A DNA stretch of 62,038 nucleotides, filler included, from Choristocarpus tenellus KU-1152 (lineage: Eukaryota > Protista > Phaeophyceae): the NCBI GenBank assembly GCA_964200185.2. It is 13 parts of 13 records of this genome, joined end to end, with 100 filler letters (N's around TTAATTAATTAA, not from the genome) between each part and the next. Parts side by side here need not be neighbours in the genome. Positions count along the whole stretch, not along the records: positions 1 to 2,941 come from CAXNAD020023493.1; positions 3,042 to 7,543 come from CAXNAD020014260.1; positions 7,644 to 10,276 come from CAXNAD020026107.1; positions 10,377 to 13,507 come from CAXNAD020022106.1; 9 more parts are not named here. One strand, 5' to 3'. The translations under genes and the position numbers were made by a program. Below the pieces are notes generated by a model, which saw nothing but the letters and a program-made list of their open reading frames with translations, made no database searches and was not told where the DNA came from. Below are positions 1 through 10,860 of this stretch, piece by piece (positions within the stretch are counted from its first letter, which is position 1; each line of letters begins with the position of its first letter).

Positions 1-18
1 CATCACCTCTAATCCGTT

Positions 19-2911
19 TTAGTTAAACCAGCTTCCTGCCTCTTCGAGGTTCCGAGGCTTCCATGATGATGCTCTAATGCCCCCCCCTGATCTTTCCTTC
101 CCCCCCCCATCCCCCGTTGCCTCGTTGCCTCCTTCTTGTTTCTCTTCCCTCTTTTCTAGCAACTCCTGCACTTGACGTAGAACTTGTCCATTACGGATTG
201 GGTCAGAGAGGATGCCACTCGACCCAAGAAGAGATTTTAAACCTGACACTTTTGGAGGGTATTGAGCCAGCATCAAATTGTACACGTGGGAGGAACGACT
301 TGGGAAAGGTATGGGAATTATTTTTCAAAATAATAATTGTCAATGTGGGTTGGTGAAAGAAAGTGCGATGAACAGCTGCAAGATATATTCTATACTTTTT
401 ATAGCTCATCTTGATATATATCTTTTGGCATTCTTTCCCTATAACAACCGCCCTTCACCAATACAACCTACTTCATACAAGAGCCTAATAAATCCAAGTT
501 TTTTTTTTTTGTACAATTAGGGTTAGGGTGAGTGCACAAGCATTCACGCAAACAAGCATTACGGGGGGGGAATCAGCTGTCAGGTTGCGCAGGCATGGTC
601 AACTACTTTGCAGTAGTGGTAAAGGACAGTGAGGGGTAGGAAAGTATACAGGGTGTATGATGTAACAAATTTTAAGACGGAAAACTCAGATTGTAAGACA
701 CTAAAGAATATGCCGTTTTGAATAGCAAGCCACTAATTTCACCAATTTCAATTCGCCCTTATTTCTACCAATGAAGTGCTAAGATTGACTTGAGAGGGTT
801 GATTTCTCTTGAAAATTAAATCTCCTCGACAGAAACCGCAAAAGTCCCTATATGCATTTCTTAAGGAATAATTTTATACATAGTTGTCAGCATCCTGAAT
901 GTGCGCGACCCTAGCTAGGTACCTCCCCCTTCCTTTGGCTTGAGACAAAAATATATCAGCAAGTGTCAAGGGGAGGGGGGTAGGACCACTTCTTAAAGAT
1001 GTATGAGGGATATGGAAGAGATGGGAGAAGTGGTGGAAGAGGGGGAAGGGGGGCTTCTAACAATGGTGTTCATTCACCTCAAGAAAATAATATGCGGCGA
1101 TTAAATGAGAAGTTTATGAGCTGGTACAAGCACCGGACCAAACTCACTCATCAGGAGTAGAGTGGCTGAGTGGAGAGACACAAAAAATTTACAAAAATGC
1201 ATATATGGCCCTCTAAGAAAAAAAAAAGGCCGATGTGCACGGAAAAAAAACTGAAAGTCTTTTTTATTTTATTTCACCAGGTAAAAATATCAATCTCTTA
1301 ATTCACCAGATTTCTATCGACTTAAAGACTAGGGGATCAATAGAACTCTATGACAGAATTTTGGTAGACACTGACAACAGAAAGTAAAACCCAAGGATTT
1401 TATTGAAGGTTCATGCAGAGTAAAACACTGTCTAAAATGGAAAAAAAAAATCAAACCCAAACCCAAACCTGTGCCCTAGCCCTAACCCAAAACGTGACCC
1501 TAAACCTATCCCGAACCCTATCCCCAACTTGAACCTGATCCCAAACAACATGATCCTGATCCTGATCCCGATCCCAATACCAATACCAAAAGAGAAGACT
1601 ATCAGGCCCCCTCTGGGGGCACATGGGTTGCACATAACTCTTACTTTACCAAAAGGAAGTCCTCCACATCATACACTGCTACTGCTTACAATGTACCGAC
1701 TAAAAAATGATGTATTTCATTCTTATGGTGATACCTGTCTAAATATAGGGAAAAGTATCATTTCCCTGATTATATTCATTGTTCTTGGTGTGTGTATTAC
1801 ACTCTATCCGAGTGTATCAGCACAATACCACAAGCACAAGACTCGCTGTTTTGACCGAGCCCCCCTTCCCCCCATTGCTTACAACGCCCTTATGCATAAA
1901 CATATGTGCACATGGTTTTCTTACCACATGAGTAGTAGACAATTTCTACTGTGTGTACACATTTATGCATGTGTACAACAGCGCACACACATACACACAA
2001 TTAAGCCCTAACCTTGACACCTCCGTTTCCTCACCTCCAGGAACTCTTACTCCTAACCCATGTAGCCACCTTGCAGCCTCCTCTTCCTGTCTAGGAGTAG
2101 TATTGGGAGGCCGCAGTCCATCGATGCCTCTGCAACCTCTGACAATTTCACTCTCTACAACAGTAGTTCCAGCACTTGCCCTCGGACCAGTTCTTGTCTT
2201 CATACCAGCCCCAGCCCTAGATACAGTCCCTACCATCGGATTAGTGATCCTTGACCTCGATGGGATTCCTTTGCTCAATTCTCCAGAACCACTACTATTT
2301 CCGCTTCCTCTCACCCTCCCACCCCCAGGTACTCTTGCCGGGCTGTTTGATGGCAGTTGCTGGGGAGGAGAAGAAGGACACAAGATATCCTCAGGATAAA
2401 TACTGTCTTCAATCTCAGATGGTGAATTGGTTCGTGATTTCGCCTGCAGGGATGAGAGTTTCTGGCGCTCTGACCGGCTCTGGGCCTGACTCTCGACTTG
2501 GCTCTGTTCCTGGACTTCAAATCGGTGGGCCCTGGGTCTCAGACTGGGCTTTAAATTTGGTCCTGGTAAAAATTGAGAGTTCAAAGCTTTGGTGGCAGAA
2601 GTCTCTTCAACCTGCGGAACCCTTCTTGTCTCAGAGGCTAAACCCCTGATCCTGGCCCCAGATTCAGTACCAGTGCCAGTTTGAGTCCGAGTCCCGGTCC
2701 CGGTCCTCTTTCTGCCCCTGTCTCTAGTACCCTTTGATCGACTCTGACCTGCTGCATCAGTATGGTCATCAATGCTACATAAAACAGGGGTATTGGTCCC
2801 AGAGCTTTGCTCTGGGCCTTTGCGACCACAGTCAGCCTTAGGTCTGGCTTGTGGGCATGGACGGAGGCGTTTGTGGGTTTTGTACACAGTTGCCAGGAGT
2901 CCCCAAACCAC
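19..2911 (-). CDS. Partial gene with low-complexity region and probable calponin-homology-like domain
   Basis: A long exon ends EEEAARWLHGLGVRVPG at G|GTGAGG (2035/2034). It joins in matching phase to TCAG|GT at 242, giving GLKSLLGSSGILSDPIRNGQVLRQVQELLE...WKPRNLEEA, which resembles CH-domain W-helix and L(R)NGxxL motifs. Outer boundaries uncertain. Confidence 0.45.
1451..1590. repeat. Degenerate hexamer tract (CCCTAA/CCTGAT-like), intronic
   Basis: Run of aaccca/acccta/atcctg/atacca 6-mers; source of the spurious GI/GF-repeat ORFs. Confidence 0.7.
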
Positions 2912-2941
2912 CTATATTGATTCGATATTGGTCGGGGGGGG

Positions 2942-3041
2942 NNNNNNNNNNNNNNNNNNNNNNNNNNNNNNNNNNNNNNNNNNNNTTAATTAATTAANNN
3001 NNNNNNNNNNNNNNNNNNNNNNNNNNNNNNNNNNNNNNNNN
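2942..3041. other. Artificial contig linker (N44-TTAATTAATTAA-N44), first of 12
   Basis: Identical 100-nt spacers with stops in all six frames at 2942-3041, 7544-7643, 10277-10376, 13508-13607, 17367-17466, 30834-30933, 36030-36129, 38925-39024, 43485-43584, 47335-47434, 52964-53063 and 56544-56643. Confidence 0.98.
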
Positions 3042-3060
3042 GGAGTGGGCTGAAGATCCG

Positions 3061-4317
3061 ATGTCGGGATATGGGGGAGGAAGGGGGGGTGGGGCAGGGG
3101 GAAGGGTGAAAAAGGTTATGACCCAGCCGATTTCCCTTATTTTCAGGTTCCTACAGAACGTGAGTGATCAGTTAGATTGCGTTTGCGCATATATCTTAGT
3201 CCGGAGGTCGAAGAGGGAAGTACCCGTCGTGCATGGTGCCGAATCAGGGAAGTTCCGTGGTACAAGCGGATATTACCCGTGAAGATTGCCGACACTGCAA
3301 TCGCCACTTATATCGACTCAACATACGTCTTTCCGTGTTTTTATATCTAAATTGTTGCTTGTATCTCTAACCTGCTCAGCCTGTACTCCTAGCTCGAGAA
3401 GTACGATTTGATCGATGTTGAAAATGGGGGGATTTTTGGTGTACATTTCGGTGCTGTAGAGCTCCCATACAAGAATGACCCGTGATAATGCCGCAGGCTT
3501 GGGGTACATATCCCTGCGGCCTTGTATCGCTAGATATGCTTAAGATGTTTCGCCGAAATATGTGAAAAAGATTATAATGCACTCTCTGTTCTGAGGGTGT
3601 GCACGGACTCCTCCACTCTCTCCTGCGACCTCCCTCCCAGAAGTTGCCATTTTTTCGTTCATCCAGCAAGCGATACATAATTTTACTGGTTGTCAGCAAT
3701 GTTAAAACACCTTTAGACTGAGCATCAGCTCACTTATCTAGATGCCAGTGACAGGTCAATCTGTTTCCCTGACCGCCAGCCTCCAATTTTTTGTCCAATG
3801 CCCTTGTTAGCGAACACGAGTACAGATCTGGCTGTACGAGAACACAAAGATGCGGATAGAGGGGCAAATCCTTGGGTTTGACGAGTACATGAACCTCGTC
3901 CTGGATGAAGCAGAGGAGGTGTGAATGTATTGTGTATATGTCAATGGGAGCACTGACCATCGAATTGACAACAGAGAGTCAGACTCATTTCTTTTCATTA
4001 CACATTGTGTGTTTTCTAAACTGTTTTCTATTTTAAATATCAACATCCCATGGTTGATTTTCGTTTTAGTGCTACCCCAACCCACACTTCTTGAGCATCA
4101 CAACATTCTGCTGCAAACAGGTTCACCCCCACTTTGTATGTCTCAATCGCTTGTTTTTGATAATGGATATCTTCCCCTCAAATTCACTCTGCCGTCTTGT
4201 TATCAACCCCACTTTCTGTCCATCCTCTATAAGGTGGACATGAAAAGCAGTGAACGCAAACAGCTGGGGCGCATAATGCTGAAGGGAGACACCATCACCC
4301 TAATGCAGAGCGTGTGA
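3061..4317 (+). CDS. SNRPE: Small nuclear ribonucleoprotein E (SmE), complete, 3 exons, ~96 aa
   Basis: Exons 3061-3159 (MSGY...[17 protein letters not shown]|gtgagt), 3811-3918 (ttag|[36 protein letters not shown]|gt) and 4234-4317 (aag|[27 protein letters not shown]). Canonical Sm1 and Sm2 motifs; all junctions phase 0. Confidence 0.97.
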
Positions 4318-4599
4318 GTACTATTAGGAATGCATGTTGTGCTTGCCAGTATGTTGTGGTGTAAGAGAGTCGTAACTATATTTTAGATATGCATCACCAA
4401 CATGTGCACGTGATGCACCAACCGAGGCTGCCTTTAGCAACTACATCGCTATCTCTTTTTTTTTTGCTTTAGTCTTTGTAGTTGTCCTTAGCTTGCAGGC
4501 ATAGTGATCTGTGTATCTTCAGCCCTGACCCTAACCTAAATGCCGTTTGAAAAAAGTAAATCTTGGTGTGTTTATTCCGTCTGCTTTGTACTTCACAGG

Positions 4600-5860
4600 G
4601 AAGTTTAAGATTGCAGGGCGAGGGGAATGTACAATGGAGTTGGAAAAGTGAGTTATGGACATTATGGACCAAGTTCAAGCTGAGCTTAACCTTTGTTGTG
4701 TTGCAGGGATGTGTGATGGTGGATATTACAGTTTGGAAAGATAGTACATGGAGATTACGGGAGCGCAATGGAAGACCTTTGGTCAGGAATACTGGGAAAG
4801 GAGATGGGGGAGGGATCAGGTTGCAAGACTCCCAGGGCACAGGATTGATAACAAGTGATGATCTCTTGGTACGGCATGGACTGTGAGTGCTTGAAGGCAC
4901 TAGGAACTACCTCTTTCACAGATGCTTGGAAAGGGAATGTTTCCCAAAATTGAAGAGGCGATGGCATGGATAGCACAATAAGCTTCAACATCAATTCTTC
5001 CAATTGTGCTCTGTATTTTGAATCCGTAAGAGACTAGAGGCTCCCAACCCAAATTGGCCACTGTTTCAATACTCCATTTTTGTATGCGGAACACTACATG
5101 AGGGATAGTTCACTTGCACTTGGAGTAGGTAGTAAGGGTATATTTGAGTTAATGGTGGGTGGGAGGGCTGTGCCCTCCACAGCTGACTGTGAGAATTCAG
5201 TCCATATTGATATCTCTCATTTTGTCCAACAGGCTTGTTTACTTGTTTAAACTTGCGGGTACTGTCTCACAGATTGGAAGGGCTATATATATATTGCTCT
5301 TGAAGGTGCAGACACTGAAGAAGATAACAATCAGACTTGAGTTTTCACAACAGCAGTTGTTTGTTTTGCCCTCCAATATCTCACTATTGGTCAAGAAAAA
5401 CTGACAAAGGTGTCATGGTTGAGGTCGATGGTAAGAGGCTAATTCTTTAGCTTTTGATAGCTTTTGATACTGAAAATGGACTGTCCGTCTCCACTTGAGA
5501 CCTGTTGAAGAGATTAAACTTTTGAAGAGATGCCACCTTTTTTTTAATTGTTGGGAAAGTTCTTGTCCTTGTGAAAGTGAAGTGTAACGCTTTTATTCTG
5601 AATGACGACTCTGAGGTGCTGTGGATCACTCTGTAGCAGCCCGTAGCCAGATCATGTGGCACTCTGGAGCTTGAATGCAAACTTTGCAGTCGAATCTGTG
5701 TGTGCTTGTATCTGTGGTCCATGCATTATGTTCTTGTTGATCATGAATGGACTTATTCCTAGAGACTGTAACACATCAACCAACTTTTTTTTCATGTCCC
5801 GGATCGGTCCCGATCGATAGTGTCATTCCGAGACGATAACCGCCAGATTTGTCTCGTTTT
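4600..5860 (-). mobile_element. Highly degenerate Ty1/copia integrase remnant
   Basis: Broken-frame motifs in the expected order: FDCKVCIQA (pre-integrase CxxC), MPSPLQFWET (cf. LPxxFWxEA), FPSIPDQRSS..SPCTIFP (cf. VHIPxxKRxKLDxxxxxCIFxGY). Many stops and frameshifts. Confidence 0.4.
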
Positions 5861-6018
5861 GAAAGATTCAATTCTTAGACTGTTATTTGAATCTTCTTGT
5901 CTAGGTCATCATGATGTCTCTTGCCCTTGTTTATTGTTCTAATACCTAAGACTTGGAACGTTACTCCCAAAAACTCTTCTGTGAGAAATTTCTGTCCTGA
6001 ACCATACTTTGAAGGAAG

Positions 6019-6020
<2 letters not shown>

Positions 6021-6079
<59 letters not shown>
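6021..6079. repeat. (CTG)n microsatellite
   Basis: About 19 perfect CTG units. Confidence 0.95.
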
Positions 6080-7643
6080 AGAGTATCAGTGGTTTGGCAT
6101 TTTGGAAGGTCTTTTGTTTTGAATCTTCAAGTTGTGGTGCAAAAGGTTGAGGGTTGGGTGTTACTGCACTTTAATTAGATTGCCACCTTTTATCCCTAAC
6201 CTTTGCTAAAAATTGTTTGAAAATAGAGTGGTCTTGTGCTTATATGCTGCATTTTATGTGAGAGCTAGAAAACACTGGTTGTTGAGAGGTTTTCATGTCT
6301 ACTAACAATGGTGGTTATGTGTCACTTGATGCTGTTGAATTCCTGTGACATTGGTGCTCTGAAGACAAAATCCGACTCAGCCGTTGGAAGAATTGATTAG
6401 GCAAATGTGCAAACATGGTCAAGACAAGGGTACGCAGAGAGAACAGCAGAGGATATCAACATATTCTGGTGATGACTCCCTTCAAAAGCACAGTCGTATG
6501 TAATATATACATACATATATATATATATATTTTTTAACCTGTTTGTAGTGTGTGCCGCATTGAGGATTGAATCGCCTATCTGTTCATGAACTCCTTGTTG
6601 TATTGACACTTCACCTTGTTTTTTTTATTTCCTGTTTTATGTTGGATGTCTAGAACAGCCATCTACTGGAGGTAAGTAAGAACATTGTGACACAATCCCC
6701 CTTGTTGTGATGACCTGATTGGAATGTGCTACATAGTGCAAACATGAAGAACAGACGACAACTAACTACTGTGTAAAAGAACAATAAATAAAATCATTTA
6801 TTTTTTTTAACTAATAAAAAAAAAAACTCTTGTGATTGGTCAAAATAGCTGTCGGTGGTAAAAATCAAGGTCTTCGATCTCCCGGAATCCGTTCCAAACC
6901 ATTTCTGAAGGTGCCTCAAAATTTTGGATTTTTTTTCATTTTGTTCTCATATTTGATTTGAGAATCATATAATATAGGAACATTTTTGTTTCTCCATGTG
7001 ATGGTGAAATAACCAGTCACTGCAACCCACCACCCTCACATAGCTGCAGGCGCGTTGATTCTGCTGGGTACTCAAAGTCAAGCAAGGTTCAACATGTAAA
7101 TGTCCATGTCGTAATATTGGGCGGTTGTAATATTTGTAATGATTGTTTGGGGGATGTAACTGCGGGGAAGGGTGACCACTTCACTCATATGCCGTCCAGT
7201 CCATGTGCCCCATGGTTGTTACCCTTGTTTTGTAGTATTTCTGGTTGAAGCTATGTCACTGATGGCCCTAGTCCTTGTTCCAATGTCCACTTTGTACAAC
7301 ACCTACTTTCAGATTGGAAACCAGACACACACCTCAAAATGTGTATAGTTCATTTCCATCAGTTTTGACTAAAATTTTAAAGTCGATAATCCAAAAGAGG
7401 CTATTATTTTCCTCACCATGAAATTTTTTTTTTAATTTTTTTGGGGTCGATTGTAAAATGCATTAGGGTTAGGGTTAGAGTCTTGATCTACAGGCTTGTG
7501 GGTTGGAGCTGCTAGGGTCAATGTATCTGGGTGGAGGGGGGGGNNNNNNNNNNNNNNNNNNNNNNNNNNNNNNNNNNNNNNNNNNNNTTAATTAATTAAN
7601 NNNNNNNNNNNNNNNNNNNNNNNNNNNNNNNNNNNNNNNNNNN

Positions 7644-7823
7644 CTATTATGTTTGTTAGAAGATGTCAATACCCTTGTTCCGCCCACACCTTTTCATAAT
7701 GGATACATTTTACCTACTCCGGAACATCTTGGAGTAGGTAAAATGTCATTAAAGCCCCGTGGGAAGTCAAGCTCCAAATGGACAAACAGGGCAGAAATCG
7801 TACCCTCTAAGATACTTTCACTC
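7644..7823 (+). mobile_element. MITE family A, truncated by contig start
   Basis: Matches the family body and ends GTACCCTCTAAGATACTTTCACTC. Confidence 0.9.
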
Positions 7824-7964
7824 ATCTAGGCGTGGTAACTGCAAACTGAATGTGGTGAGTACGGTCGGATGACATTGTTCTGAGATAGGACTACTGTTCA
7901 GTCATCAAGCAGGGGGGAAAATATACCGGGTACAAATAACACTGTGTACATACGTCAAATCCAC

Positions 7965-8440
7965 CTCTCCATGCTGGTGGATGCTCTTGCGTTAGGTGTG
8001 CCTTTGCAAGCGTCGATGACATGATTGGATATTCCGAACGATGCCTTGAAAAACTGCATACAGACGGGAATGCCGGCCGTGAGCGTAGATCCGCCTCCTG
8101 GTCCCAACTTAATAACAGGTACACGGTCGCCAACGAAGTGCTTGCGATTGCGGCGGTTCTCACACGCCCGGATGATGTCCTGCTCTTTGGTCAACGTGGG
8201 TGCAAGGAAGGACTCGCTATCTGCCGCGAATTTCTTCACACAGGCTAAGCACTTGCGGCAGTCACCCTGTTCGTTGACCGGGATGGGTTCAGCCCATCCT
8301 CGGTGAAGCTTGGCGCCGGTCGCTGAAGCGTCATTGGTAGAAAGCTCCAGCGCATCATTGTTGGTGGGCTGGTGAGGGGGCAACACAGGGGGAGACACAG
8401 GCGACAAAAGCTACCCCCTTGCTGTGGAAGCAACTGTCAT
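7965..8440 (-). pseudogene. N-terminal exon of a putative DNA-transposon transposase (Sola-like, inferred) with premature stop
   Basis: ATG at 8440, in-frame TAG at 8413-8411, then an open frame containing CRKCLAC and IPVCMQFFKASFGISNHVIDACKGTPNARAS. VCxxFFxxxFGIS resembles the pre-catalytic segment of Sola-type transposases. Probable donor AG|GTGGAT near 7965; catalytic domain not present on this contig. Confidence 0.5.
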
Positions 8441-8520
8441 GGTGTTTTCGGGCAAGAGGCGGTCTTGGGCAGTGAGAAGGTCTAGAAGTGATTAGGTTCG
8501 AAGGCGGGTGTATGAAGTTT

Positions 8521-9600
8521 GTTTGAGCTCCGGGCTATCCGTGGGACCACCCTGAGATCCATGATCCTGAAAATCCGTGCATTACGGTTTTCGGAAGTTG
8601 TAAATCCGATTATATCTGTATTTACAATTTAAAAAAAATGCAAATCACATACTTAATTGATCTTGTACATTTCCAATGTTCCGAAACCAATGTTGTTTGA
8701 GCTCCGGGCTATCCGTGGGACCACCCTGAGATCCATGATCCTGAAAATCCGTGTATTACGGTTTTCGGAAGTTGTAAATCCGATTATATCCGTACTTACA
8801 AATTTTAAAAATACAAATCACATATTTAATTGATATTGTACGTTTCCAATGTTTCCGAAACCAACTTTGTTTGAGCTCCGGGCTATCCGTGGGACCACCC
8901 TGAGATCCATGATCCTGAAAATCCGTGTATTAAGGTTTTCGGAAGTTGTAAATCTGATTATATCCATACTTACAATTTTTTAAAATACAAAGCAAACACT
9001 TCATTGATCTTGTACGTTTCCAATGTTCAGAAATCGAAAGGTAAAAAAAAACTGGCACCCTCTAATTTTTTTAAGTACAAAATCTTAAATTGTTGGACAA
9101 TTGCATTCTTCAAAATACTAGAGACGACAAAACACGGTTCTTTGGGTTTAGCGGATCCAATCGGGTCCGCTAAACCCTTGAACACCCAAAACACGTGCAT
9201 TCATATTCTTAGAAATAGTAAATCCAGTAATAACCGTTCTTACTATTTCTGAAAATACTAAGCACGCAATTTATGGGTCTCACATGTTTCCAATTTTCAG
9301 AAACTAAAAGGTCACTTCCAACTGGTACCCACAATTTATTTAAACACTAAAACCGCTTTTTGCCGACTTTAGTATTTAAAAAAATACTAGAGACGACAAA
9401 AAATCGGATCTAGAGTTTTAAAGATCCAATCTGATCTTCTAAACCCTTGAAGAGCCAAAACATGTGCGTTAGGGTTTTTATGAAATAATAATAATATTAT
9501 AATCTTTACATCAACAACTACAAATACAAACCACATCCTTCATTGATCCAATACGTTTGAAACGTACAAAAAGAAAAAGTCACAAAAAACTGTTACTCTC
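8521..9600. repeat. Palindrome-rich tandem array: three 174-bp units followed by related, more diverged ~270-bp units
   Basis: Units start GTTTGAGCTCCGGGCTATCC at 8521, 8695 and 8869. A longer period is marked by AAATACTAGAGACGACAAAA at 9113 and 9383 and by the TTCATTGATC...AACTG block near 9000, 9271 and 9539. Internal inverted repeats at 9144-9177 and 9211-9250. Confidence 0.92.
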
Positions 9601-9819
9601 TGTCTCTTTCCAATATGAAATCGTATGCTGCTCGATATTCGTTTTTCTTATAACACAATTGTCAACGGAAAGACGAATCTGAGTTTTGAGGACCGACCGA
9701 GCAGATGAAATAAAGCAGCACCTCCCATCCCTCAGTCCTCATTTCAATTCATTCCCTTCCGTACATACCATGCGCACCTGTTATTTATCGATCCCCGTCA
9801 CGCCCTCCCAACCTTCGCC

Positions 9820-10251
9820 ATGTCCAGAATTCGCTCATCAACAACCCACCCGCCCGCTGATGGCGCTGCACACGGATCGAGAACGTGGGACAGCAATCTG
9901 AAGGGCATGTCCTTGCTCCTAGAACATCACTACCTCGGCACGTACCGGATGAAACTCGGCAACATCACATGCACAGAGATGGTGCGTCCAATGAGCGAGC
10001 GTGGCCTTGAGTGCGTTTGCAAGTCTATCCACAAGAAAGGCTGGCTGGAGCAGTTTGCTCCGTCTGTCGTAATCTAACGAGACTCTTTAGGTAATGGGGA
10101 CCAGCTCACCACCGAAACTGCGCTTGCCATTCAAGGACGTACACTGGACGGAAACCATAGAATAACGGTGCTGAAGAGAGAGTTTGATCCCGAATGCCCT
10201 TTCATGATGCGGGTCTACATGGAGTTCAACCAAGCAGAAGAGAGGCTAATT
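9820..10251 (+). pseudogene. ParB/Sulfiredoxin N-terminal-domain protein; one in-frame stop; interrupted by MITE B at contig end
   Basis: Reading through TAA at 10075-10077 gives VRPMSERGLECVCKSIHKKGWLEQFAPSVVI*RDSLG...GRTLDGNHRITVLKREF...RVYMEFNQAEERLI. This matches the ParB/Srx pattern R...LxxSIxxxG....PxxV...DGxHRxxxL...V....EE..I. Confidence 0.75.
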
Positions 10252-10276
10252 GGACCCAAAGTATCTGGGGGGGGGG
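10252..10276. mobile_element. MITE family B terminus (one of 8 fragments at contig edges)
   Basis: GGACCCAAAGTATCTGGGGG. Other fragments at 7515-7543, 13608-13650, 17289-17366, 30791-30833, 30934-31038, 39025-39127 and ~56660-56836. Confidence 0.8.
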
Positions 10277-10376
10277 NNNNNNNNNNNNNNNNNNNNNNNN
10301 NNNNNNNNNNNNNNNNNNNNTTAATTAATTAANNNNNNNNNNNNNNNNNNNNNNNNNNNNNNNNNNNNNNNNNNNN

Positions 10377-10558
10377 GGCTATCGTGTTTGTTAGGAGGTG
10401 TCAATATCCATGTTTCGGACACACCTTTTCATATCATATACATTTTACCTAATCTGAAACATTTTGGAGTAGAAAAATATCATAAAAAAACCCATGGGAA
10501 GCCAAGTCCCAAATGGACAAACAGGTCAAAACTCGTACCCTCTAAGATACTTTCTCTC
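10377..10558 (+). mobile_element. MITE family A, truncated by contig start
   Basis: Family body plus right TIR GTACCCTCTAAGATACTTTCTCTC. Confidence 0.9.
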
Positions 10559-10860
10559 AGTTGAGACCATACACCATGTAGGCGTTTAAGGGCAGGCACT
10601 AGCCATAAAACTCAACTTCTCTATGGCTAGGGATAGTCTTAGTACTAGGCAGTAAGGTCTACAAGGGGTTAGATTCTGCACAACTGTTTTCCTCTTGTTC
10701 CAAAGCACCTCTCTGACATGTTTTGTTTGTCAAATGTCTACCTATGACCAGGGTGGATCGAAGGCAGAAAATTCCTTCAAGCACCACCTTTTCTGACACC
10801 CCTCTTGCCTTTGCCTGCAATATATACATTGCTGCCTGTGAACTATGAACCATGTTGCAG

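Noticed and set aside
1432-2011. ORFs with GI/GF/IP dipeptide repeats
   Set aside because: Translations of a degenerate hexamer tract in an intron.
5921-6178. Poly-Leu membrane protein ORF
   Set aside because: Arises from the (CTG)n microsatellite.
8521-9042. CRISPR-like repeat-spacer array
   Set aside because: The whole 174-bp unit is conserved; there are no variable spacers.
8411-10077. TAA/TAG-to-Gln genetic code reassignment explaining the in-frame stops
   Set aside because: Long host exons lack in-frame TAA/TAG, and the 18216-21785 gene ends in TAA. Nonsense mutations are the simpler explanation.
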